Source: Atractiella rhizophila | Taxonomy: Eukaryota | DNA length: 20,000 nucleotides | NCBI GenBank assembly: GCA_021432655.1 | Contig: MU271210.1 | Coordinates: 134,239 to 154,238 of the forward strand | Direction of reading: 5' to 3' | Shown: positions 10,721 to 20,000 of the stretch, piece after piece | How the letters are laid out: every line of letters starts with the position of its first letter | Position numbering within the stretch: position 1 is the first letter of the stretch | Translations under genes and position numbers: made by a program | Notes under the pieces: model-generated | Seen by the model: only the letters and a program-made list of their open reading frames with translations | Databases searched by the model: none | What the model was told of the DNA's origin: nothing

Positions 10721-13700
10721 ATGTTGACGCCATCAAAGCGGGTATCTCCTCCACATCCTGAAGCCCCATCGTCAAAAAAGCCAAAACTTTCTCCTTCGGC
10801 AACTGCAACCTCTAATCTTCAACTCACTCCGGCTCCTCCTGCTGCGCCAATTGGAACCTCAGGCACACCTTTGAATAACAAATCGAGAGCAGATCTTATC
10901 GACCGATCCGCTGAGAAGGAACGAGGGCAAGCACTGCTGCATCGATTGGATGGACCTTCTACTGCTAAGGCAGGGTTAACTCGAGAGTATGTGTTCCATC
11001 TTCTGAAGTCACAACTTTGCGTGATTTCTAATATGACACCTCAGTCCAGAGGAAGTAAGACAGATCATTTACGATGCGTCCAAAGGATCAAAGTACTTCA
11101 AGAACCAAGAAGAGCGGTCGGACAAGGTAGAAAAGCGGATCGAACAGATGATGGTCCGGCTAGAGGAGATGTTGAAGACTAAGAAGGACCTAACGCCTGA
11201 GGAGAAGACGGTAGATAGGATGTTGCTGGACTTGGAAAAGACGAGGGACCTCTCGCAGACAATTGGTGCGTGTCCACCTCCTGTTGTGCTTGCCGACACT
11301 GACGATGTTCCTGACTGTCACAGTCGTGGTTGATGCGGATGCGTTCTATGCAAGTGTGGAGGAGCTGTACAACCCAGAACTGAAAGGCAAGGTACGGACC
11401 GTGTCAGGCGCTTAGCCCTTGAACAAGAAAACAGCGACAAATCAACTTTTCATAGATCTTCGCAGTCTCGGGAGGGGTTATATTGACTGCATCATACGAG
11501 GCTCGAAAATTTGGTGTCAGAAGTGGGATGGCAGGTAAGCATCACCTTCTGCTTTGTCCTTAGCTCGCTGAAACTGCCTGACAGGCTACATTGCTGAGAA
11601 GCTTTGCCCAGGGATCTTGATGGTCAAGCCAGACTTCAAACGGGTGTGCATTGTTTCTTCAGACTTCATGTTTGCTGTTGACCATTGCGAACGATAGTAT
11701 TCGGAAGCATCGAAGAAAGTCATGGATGTGCTGGCCACTTTTGATCCGAATTATGCCCCTGCTTCGCTAGATGAAGCGTATTTGAAAAAAAAAAAAAAAA
11801 AAAAAAATCACCTTCTGCTTTGTCCTTAGCTCGCTGAAACTGGTTGACAGGCTACATTGCTGAGAAGCTTTGTCCAGGGATCTTGATGGTCAAGCCAGAC
11901 TTCAAACGGGTGCGCATTGTTTCTTCAGACTTCATGTTTGCTGTTGACCATTGTGAACGATAGTATTCGGAAGCATCGAAGAAAGTCATGGATGTGCTGG
12001 CGACTTTTGATCCGAATTATGCCCCTGCTTCGCTAGACGAAGCGTATTTGAATGTTGTATGTGTCGTATTATCCTGCCTTGATAGCTATCTGAGTAACGC
12101 TTTAGACCTCTTATATCGTATCTCTCTATCTTAGCGGTTATTCAAATTCTAACAAGAGGAATCAGAAACAGAATGGCCTTACCCCCGAAGAAGTCGGTGT
12201 CCGAATACGAGAGAAAGTAAAAGAGATATCTGGCCTGACCGTCTCTTGTGGGGTCACACCGAATTGTATGCTCTCGAAAATTGCTGCAGACCTCAACAAG
12301 CCAAGTGAGGATCTCTTGCCGCTTTCCTAAGTTACATCCCTAACTCTGATGTGATGAGAGATGGCCAATACGTCGTGCCTCCAGACAGAGACGCGATAAA
12401 GGAGTTCATGAAGAACATGCCAGTTCGCAAAGTCCCGGGGGTTTGTCACCTACGTTCGATTGTTGGACGCAATCTCACTCGACGTTCGTAGATTGGACGC
12501 GTCTCGGAACGCTGGCTTCAGGCACTGGAAATCAAGACCCTGGGTGATGTTTTCGACTCACGGGGACGTCTTTACTTGGTTCGAAATGAAATCGGTCTCG
12601 GATTTCTTCTAAGAGGATATCTTGGGCTTGGTTCGACAAAGGTTGAACCTCACAAGCGAGAGGGGAGGAAGAGTATCGGGAATGAGCAGACATTCACTAC
12701 CATTTGGAAAGAGGAGGACTTGGATGCTAAGGTCCGTTGTTCTTATCCTAATTCAAAGATGCTCAAACAGCGCAGCTGCGAGAAATCGCAAAGAACCTCG
12801 AAACAGATATGAAAGAAGGTGGATGGAGCGGGCGCACGATATCCCTTGGATACAAGCTCGACACATTCGAGACATTTTCACGGTGCGTCCTAGTCAAGCT
12901 TCTTCGGGGTTGGCTAATTTCATCTTCGTTTTCAGTGCCTCTTCCCTCCCAAAAGGTCGCTATATTCACCGCTTCGAGGACCTGTATCAAGAAGGCAAAA
13001 AGATTTTAATGAAAGAACTCAAAGCCCGACAAACTCTTTTCGATAGCGGTGGGAAGGTGGTTGGGTGTGGGGGGAAGCGAGAACTCCGTCTACGTCTCAT
13101 GGGTTTGACGATGTCAAATCTCCGAGACGAACAGGCAATAGCTGAGCAGGCAAAGAAGGGCCTCGACTCATGGGTGGTGACCTTGAAGGAGCAGGATAAT
13201 GTAACTGCCGGCCAGAGTTCCAAACATCGATTGGAAGATAATGAGGTGAAGTTGTTCGAGGCGGATGATCTTGTACAAGGGGTAGACATCAGGGAAGGAG
13301 ATGATGAAGAAGAAGAAAAGGAGTTCAGATTTCGACCCTACTACACTGGGGGACCGAGTATCAACTCGAAGAGGCACAGCACGAATGGACAGGTCAGCCC
13401 TCGTCATCAGTTAAGGTTCGATGCGCCGGTGAAAGGAAAGGGGAAAGAGGAGACGACGGAAGAGTATGAGTGCCCCGTTTGCCTCAAGCTCTTCCAGATG
13501 GGTCTAGGAGAGTTCAAGTCTGTCCTTCCCCTTCTCTCCCTTTGCCTTGATGAAGCAAAGTTTGCTTATTCCATCGTTAGTTCCCACGTCGACCAGTGCC
13601 TTAATCGTTCGTATTCACTCTCTTACGAATTAAGTACGGACGAGTTAACGTATATTGCAGGTTCACTTGTATTGGATTTGACCAAAGATTCCGATGACGA

Positions 13701-13866
13701 CTCCATTGAGAATGCTGTGTCGACAAAAGGGACAGAGCGGAACAAAGTGACAACTGGTACCCAAAAACGCCGATCTTCCCCGTCGGCAAATAAGGCTAAG
13801 GATAAAGAGAAAAAGAGAAAAAGACCCAAAACGAACACATTGGATGTAATGTGGGGTACGAAATGA
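10721..13866 (+). CDS. POLK: Y-family DNA polymerase kappa (DinB-like) with C-terminal UBZ zinc finger
   Basis: N-clasp AKAGLTRD...IIYDASKGSKYF, catalytic VDADAFYASVE, TASYEARKFGVRSGM, SLDEAYLN, SCGV.PN.MLSKIAADLNKPNGQ, VRKVPG|IGRVSE, RKSIGNEQTF, LRLMGLTMSNL, CPVC...HVDQCL and a basic NLS-like tail. Interrupted by the tandem duplication at 11541-12052. Confidence 0.93.
11541..12052 (+). repeat. 246-bp direct tandem duplication separated by an A23 tract
   Basis: 11541-11786 and 11807-12052 differ at 7 positions counted by eye. The A run spans 11785-11807. Confidence 0.95.
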
Positions 13867-14057
13867 GTTGAGGGTATAGCAAATTGTTCTTGTTTGTTGC
13901 TGCCGTTGCTGGTGTCTTCATGTGTTGTCCTGTTATCCAGAAGTTGTACCCAATTTTGTATTTCGCAATTCGAACGTCGTCCTTTCCAGGATCATAACGT
14001 CCCTCATTCACTGCCGTCATATCGAGAGGTATATGCGGACCGCCGTCAACTAAGTTT

Positions 14058-15144
14058 TCACGATGCCTTCTTCCGTCTGGCAACAACCATTCGACTGGGA
14101 ATCCAAGCTCTCCTTCTCGAATCTACAGAACATATGAGATCATTCACAGACAGCAGGAAAGAAGCAGGGAAACATGCCAGCCCATTCAATTCGACAATTC
14201 TTATGGAGCGCCTGAATCCATCCCTCTGAGTATCCGAACAGCAGAAACAGCGGTTTGGTCGTCTCCAGGGCAAGGAGACAGTCTACACAAATCGATCGAA
14301 CATGTAAGACCATCAGACTTTCAATCTGTCACATCCATAACGGGAAGTAAAGTCTGACGGAGGACGGGAGGTGACAAACCGCGCAACAAGTACCGACCTG
14401 CCATCTTCAGGTCTTCATCGCCAGCCCAATCACCGATGGGACAATCCAACCTCTTCGCGAGGATTAAGTGTAATTTTGGGTTCCGTCCCACCATTTCTGC
14501 TAGGTGGGCTGGGGCATCAGGATGGGCTCCCTAATGTTTTTGAGCGGAGTGTTCGACAGTCCATGACGGCATGGAAAAGAAGGACAAACTCTTGCAGCCA
14601 TGCATTCGCGCAGAGTACGCCACCACAGTCTATCCCACGCATATGATCAGTATTTGTTAATATTTTGCATGACAGAAGCAGATAAAGAAATTGGCGCACA
14701 AGGTCGCTTCTCCAACACTTCCCTCTCCCTCGAATACGCTGAAAGGCATCTCCCCTGGCTCGATGAGGACCATCATCCCACCTTCCTCGAGTCCCTGTGC
14801 GATTTGCTCAATTATGGCTTCCCAATCCCTTATCTGTACGTCACTCATGATCAGCCATCTATCCAAAATCGGATAAAGGAGTCAGCGACTCACTCCCCAT
14901 ATGAGACATCGCATGAATATCAGCTCAAACTTCCTCTTCTCCCCCTCCCCTATCCTGTCCTCCCTCTTCCGGAGGATATATGAGTAATCCAAGTCGTCCA
15001 CCTTGGTGAAGTCCTCGCAAACAAAGGTCACGTTCGGAGGCACCCTTTCCGGTTGCACTGGCGCCAGATCCACACCAATCACAGTGGAGTTGGGGAACTC
15101 GTCGCCCATCTGGATGGCCCAAACTCCAGAGCCGGTGCCGAGGT
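14058..15144 (-). CDS. LaeA/TAM-like class I SAM-dependent methyltransferase, 3' exons
   Basis: Acceptor cag ends at 15145, then (D)LGTGSGVWAIQMGDEFPNSTVIGVDLAPVQPERVPPNVTFVCED...ELIFMR, IRDWEAIIEQIAQGLEEGGMMVLIEP, CPIGDW, and a last exon ending VVARRKKAS*. No normal upstream exons are seen on the minus strand. Confidence 0.88.
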
Positions 15145-15159
15145 CTGTTCCATCCCATT

Positions 15160-16853
15160 CAAAACTCTCAGTGCATGCCAGAGTGGTACTAGTGTTTACT
15201 AGGAGTACAGGTAGGTCAGCTACACCATGGCGCCATGCTCTTCCACTCACCTGTCCTCCTTACACAGCCGGGTATAGCCACTGTCCGCATAATACCATAG
15301 TAAACTCCTCACCACGTTTAACAGTCAGCGACGACTGTTCGGTTTCGTTACTCGGTCTTTTAACCCCTTACATCTTCTGCCTCCATCTGCCTGATGGCGC
15401 TTTCAGTCACAGTTTCACCTATTATCTACCATCAAGCTGACTACCTAGATTCCGTGGGAAAGACATGCCCCCATTCTTGTCCCTTTGCCCTTTTTCAGCT
15501 GGCGAGGAAAGTAGCACTCCGTGACCTCTAACACCCGGACCTGGTTGGACGGCGTCCATAAATTCTTCAACCCGGAAGTGCTAAAGGAGTTTGCTCTTTT
15601 TTTGCTTAAATATTAGATACTCCCTCACAGTTTTGAGCCGGTAGTACTAACGGTCCGTCTTTGTAAGTACAGCCAAACGCAGTGGGGTATTTGATCCCTG
15701 CAACTGATGTTATATAGTACTTCGTTTATTTGAGGTAAATCTCGGGATATAACTCAAAGTTTAAGCTTGCTGACGTTTTCACCAAGACTCTTTATCGCCG
15801 AGTTCGGACGTTCAGCTTAAAAACTCTAAAGAGCGAAAGTACGCTGAGTTCAAAGATACCAGAGGGATACTTCGTCCCGTTTAACTCGAGCCTGCGAGTT
15901 CGCTTATGACAGTTGCCCCACGTCAGTTTTACATTGTTGAAATCCAACAGTTATAGTTGAAAACTTACCAACTTGTAACCACGTTTAATTAGAAGGCTTC
16001 TTTCGTTCAGCGGGCTCAGGGCTGTCTAACCTCTCCATGTTGTTACCACTTGCGAAGTGAGACTCGCTATACGGAGTGACCTAAAGTCACAGGTATAGAC
16101 GTACAACTAGTAACATCGTATATCTATAGCTATTTGTTTCTACCCGTACTCGTTTTCCTAACACGACTGTACTCGAACACGAGGAGAGGGGACCGAGGGT
16201 TAGCTAGAGTCGTTGATGGTTCGTTTACCTTTGAGGTAGAAGCTCGATAAGGACATGGGGGAGGGTGGTTGCAGACGGTCACGTGGTCGTGGTGGTAGTT
16301 CGGGTTGCGGCAACGCTTCGGGTACTGAGTTCTTATACCAATACTGTCCCTCGGAAGTTAGCGTAAGAGGCTGAGCTTGAGCGTTTCCTCGGAGCGATCG
16401 CGACCGTGGATGCTACAGTTGTACCTGCTACTTCCCTCGTCGAACTTGAGGTCGTGAAGGACCAAGAGGATGCGTCTTCCCTCCTCCAACCAGGAAGAGC
16501 AAACGTCTATACATAACTGTCCTCAAGTAACACTGAAGAAAGAAACCATAGCTACAGTATCCAAGGTGTTAAGGCTTGTGCTGTAGCCACACAGTGAGGA
16601 AGGAAGGAAGTCCTTGTTGTCAGCTCTGATTAAGGAGGGTCGAATAATGATGGGTTTACTACGGCTCCTCGAGCTGTCCGACCTGACAGTCGTGCTGAAC
16701 ATGTTTGAGGACGAACCCGCAGCTTTGATGGGATAGCTTCAGGAGAGTGACGTGGAGCTGGGCTTCCTAGGGCAAGGTCCGGGTGCTTGGTAAGAACCAG
16801 GCAGAAGGGGTGGTAGAGTTTGAAGTTTAGACCCCCCGGCGCGACTCTTAAAC
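15160..16853. other. Mirror-written segment (reversed without complementation); left boundary about 15160-15175
   Basis: The ORF track is empty from 15441 to 16738. The non-reversed complement of the segment gives spliceable exons that complete the adjacent methyltransferase. Confidence 0.93.
16323..16797. CDS. 5' exons 1-3 of the LaeA/TAM-like methyltransferase, legible only as the left-to-right complement
   Basis: Complement exons 16323-16486, 16562-16587 and 16642-16797 translate to MTQEYGYDREPSIAFSDSNSQRSLASAGTYDVNMDDEGSSLNSSTSWFSYAEGRR|FHNSEHDIA|YYYPNDAEELDRLDCQHDLYKLLLGRRNYPIEVLSLHLDPKDPVPGPRTIL(D), separated by GT..AG introns. Confidence 0.9.
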
Positions 16854-17224
16854 NNNNNNNNNNNNNNNNNNNNNNNNNNNNNNNNNNNNNNNNNNNNNNN
16901 NNNNNNNNNNNNNNNNNNNNNNNNNNNNNNNNNNNNNNNNNNNNNNNNNNNNNNNNNNNNNNNNNNNNNNNNNNNNNNNNNNNNNNNNNNNNNNNNNNNN
17001 NNNNNNNNNNNNNNNNNNNNNNNNNNNNNNNNNNNNNNNNNNNNNNNNNNNNNNNNNNNNNNNNNNNNNNNNNNNNNNNNNNNNNNNNNNNNNNNNNNNN
17101 NNNNNNNNNNNNNNNNNNNNNNNNNNNNNNNNNNNNNNNNNNNNNNNNNNNNNNNNNNNNNNNNNNNNNNNNNNNNNNNNNNNNNNNNNNNNNNNNNNNN
17201 NNNNNNNNNNNNNNNNNNNNNNNN
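16854..17224. other. Assembly gap (371 N)
   Basis: Run of N. Confidence 1.
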
Positions 17225-18069
17225 GTCCCCCAACGTCCATGTAGTCGTTGGTGACATATCCGACGCTACTTCTATCAAAGTGAGCTCCACCTCTTCATGT
17301 TGCAATGGATCCAATGTCCTGCATCGATCGACTGATTGAAATCTGCGAATGAAAAGGCTGCCGTCGCAGAGGTAGCGAGCAAGACAGAGAGAGTAGACGT
17401 GTTGATCAACAATGCTGCCATCACGACCGAAGGTGGGAAACCGACGCCATTTATCGAGTTACCAATCGAGCAATTCGAACAGGCAGTAAGTCCCTTCATA
17501 TCCTCCCTCAATTCTGCTCATTATCATCTCCAGTTCCGCGTCAATGTCATCGGTACCATCCAAACCACGAACGCCTTCCTCCCTCTCCTAAGGAAGGGAG
17601 AGAAAAAAGTGGTCAATGTGAACACGGTGGCAGGATCCATCGCTGCAGTAGATCCCGACAAAGATCTGCTTTGGAAGAATATTGGCTTCTTTGGAGCATA
17701 TTCCGTGTCTAAGGCGGGTAAGACACTTTCTCGCTCCCCTTCCAGAATCCCAGCATTGATGTCAAGTGGCTAGCGCTTAATATGGCAACGAGGAAATACG
17801 ATGCCAACCTTAGACATGAAGGGTTCACCTTCATTGCCCTGCATCCTGGGTGGGTAAAAACGGAGATGGGAAAGTTGGGCGGAGGCGATAATCCAGTTGA
17901 GGTAGGCCATGTTCTCTTCCTCGTGATAAGAGTTGATCAGGCTCTGCAGTCCGACTACACAACTGAGATGAGTGTCAGAGATTGCCTCGCTATCATTGAA
18001 AAGGTAACTCCCGACACGGCCCATAAGTTTTATGCCGTTGATACAGAGGACAAGACCCTTCCTTGGTAA
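17225..18069 (+). CDS. Short-chain dehydrogenase/reductase (CsgA/C-factor-like), 5' end lost in the gap
   Basis: NVHVVVGDISD, VDVLINNAAI, FRVNVIGT, catalytic YSVSK, ALNM, IALHPGWVKTEMG, terminal LPW*. The TGxxxGxG motif is not visible and presumably lies in the gap. Confidence 0.92.
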
Positions 18070-18623
18070 TCTAGATGTAGATTCCAGTTCAACTTTGATC
18101 AAGTGATATTTCATTCATTGATTCATCACACAACCGAACCAGGGCAACAGTCACAGAATAAAATTATCACCAGGCTCACTCTCAAAGTCTCAATCAATCG
18201 AAAAACCAGAGGGAAAGAGGTTAGTAAAGTTAGGAAGGAAAGACATAAAATTTACATTATCAAACATATTAAGGGATTGAAAGCCAAACAAGGTGAAAGT
18301 AGCGCTCTAGAACGGCACAAAAAAGGGGAGAGATCATCACTTAAGCCCAACCAAACAGGATCTGAAGTATTCGAACAGGCTCGAAACTGTCGCTAACGTA
18401 CCGCAAACGAATCAAGTGCAAAAGGTAATGCAACAAACAGGTTCGTGAAGGAAGGGGAAGAGAAAGAAATACGTTGGATTAGTTTTGTTGTTCACATCCA
18501 ACTCTTGGTTGCTGCGACGCAAAAGAAGGAGCATGCAAGGTTGGTGGGATACAGGACCAAGGGACCAAGGGACTGATTCGTAAGGCAGAGGAGCAAGATG
18601 AAATGGAGTCAGAATGAAGCGTT

Positions 18624-20000
18624 TCAGCGCTTACGAACAAAAGCTGTACCACTGTCAGTGGCAAATTACCCATTTCGGCGAGAAACGCACTTTTGTTGAG
18701 AAGAGCTAAAATCTTTGGAACGTTCAATTGGACATATTCGAGATCTAAGAGCTGCACGTTTTCTTTTTGCTAGTGGACGCAAACAATTGTTAATGAGACG
18801 TCTGGACATCAAACGAAAACAAACCTTCTCTAACAAATCGTCAATCTTCAAGTCCATTTCAAGAATAGCCTTCTCTCTCCCCTTGTAGTGAAGTCCGATG
18901 AGATACGTTCCTGGACTTGGGGAAGTGATGAGGAAAAAGATGTTGGATTGACTGGTGCACCAGGTCAGACTGATTCACTGAATTAGCAAATGCAAACCGA
19001 TTCTCAGGCACGTTAGTCTCAACAATGATGCCATCCTTTTCGAATTGGGCATGAGAGAACTTGAAGGGGCCAAGCGCTTGAGCCTGCTTGTTCACCTTTT
19101 TCTCCTTCCCATCCACCGATACGACTCCCACTCCTCCAATCGGCTTATTCTTCCCACCACCACCACCTGAGGTCATTCGTACGTTCTGCAAATACGCCTT
19201 GTACTGCTCTAGCTGAGATCTGAGGTAGTTGTTATGATCGCAAATCGTCTTGTAGACGGATTCCAGTGACTTGGTCTCCGAAATAACCTTTTCCCTCATA
19301 TTTCCCAGATGCGTAAGTTCCGCCCCGACTTCCTCTGTGAGAAGTTTATATCCATCCCTTCTATCCACGAGTCTCAGCTCCTCCAACTCCCGCAACATCT
19401 CCTTGACCTTGATCCCTTTCCTTACAAGCGTAGCATCTTTAGCCGTGGCCGCCCGTTCTGCAATCACTGGGAGGTTAATGGGACGACGTTCGGTGAGTTG
19501 AGGGATAGAACGGATGAGTTGAACAAAGATCGATTTGGACTCCATGTAGAGGATGTCATTTTGAGTCAAGTTGTTTTCTGCCATCAGAGTCGTCGTCAGA
19601 TCCTGAATCGGCATTTCCCAACGTGAGAACAAGGCGAGCTCGATCGCCCGATTTTCTTTTCGCGAAACTTGGGGAGGAGCAGGTCCTAGGTCGTCGAGCA
19701 GGATGCGCAAATGATTCTTCTCGTTTCTTGCCTGTAAAACCATCAGCTTCAACACCAGCCGCCAAGTCGACCGAAACACGCACAAGAGCCTCAAGGTGTT
19801 GTTGTAGAAGAGAATGCGTATTATACAATTCGTTCAAAGTGATGTTGAGAGACAAATCTTTCTTGGAAAGAGCCATATACGAATCCATCTAGACACATTC
19901 CACCTCAGCAAGGAACGTTAGGTGAGGGAAGGTGACAGACCTCGAGCGACTCATAAAAGTCTCCCACCTCGCAGAGGGAGTTCAAAAACGCGTTGATTCT
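18624..20000 (-). CDS. Ras GTPase-activating protein of the fungal Gap1/GapA type (RasGAP_C domain), 3' part
   Basis: MDSYMALSKKDLSLNITLNELYNTHSLL, PAPPQVSRKENRAIELALFSRWE, VYKTICDHNNYLRSQLEQYKAYLQNVR, GPFKFSHAQFEKDGIIVETNVPENR, MDLKIDDLLE, LLDLEYVQLNV. The last exon gives TFVRKR* with TGA at 18624-18626. The gene continues past the right edge. Confidence 0.9.

Noticed and set aside
11785..11807. Poly(A) tail of a retrocopy or LINE insertion with target-site duplication
   Set aside because: The duplicated unit retains introns, 246 bp is far too long for a TSD, and no retroelement sequence is present.
15145..15440. ORF-track N-terminus MSGRAWRHG... (14882-15250, minus) and ORF 15003-15440 (plus)
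   Set aside because: Both run through an intron end and into the mirror segment, so they are chance open frames. The true upstream exons are in the complement at 16323-16797.
16739..17314. Three ORFs spanning the N run
   Set aside because: Artefacts of translating Ns.
18624..20000. IQGAP (Iqg1/Rng2) assignment
   Set aside because: It shares the RasGAP_C domain, but the motifs (YKTICDHNNYL, NVPENR, LDLEYVQ) fit the Gap1/GapA RasGAP subfamily better.
1..20000. CRISPR arrays, tRNA/rRNA genes, transposase or reverse transcriptase genes
   Set aside because: None seen. The repeats present are gene-fragment duplications and a coding microsatellite.

Overview
Intron-rich fungal genomic DNA, basidiomycete-like (short GT-AG introns of roughly 45-90 nt). 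In order, the window holds: a 5'-truncated, frameshifted inverted copy of a DNA polymerase kappa gene; an orphan spliced gene; a secreted Cys-containing protein; CTU2/NCS2; RPL17; SARAF; the full-length polymerase kappa gene, which carries an internal 246-bp tandem duplication split by A23; a LaeA/TAM-like SAM methyltransferase; a 371-N gap; a short-chain dehydrogenase; and the 3' end of a Gap1-type RasGAP. The most striking observation is that about 15160-16853 is mirror-written (reversed but not complemented). It has no convincing ORF on either strand, but its base-by-base complement, read left to right, spells the three missing 5' exons of the methyltransferase. These have canonical splice sites and join the normal minus-strand exon at 15144 in phase. 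This is most likely an assembly or gap-filling artefact that hides real gene sequence. A candidate structured ncRNA lies between CTU2 and RPL17. All exon structures were derived by eye.
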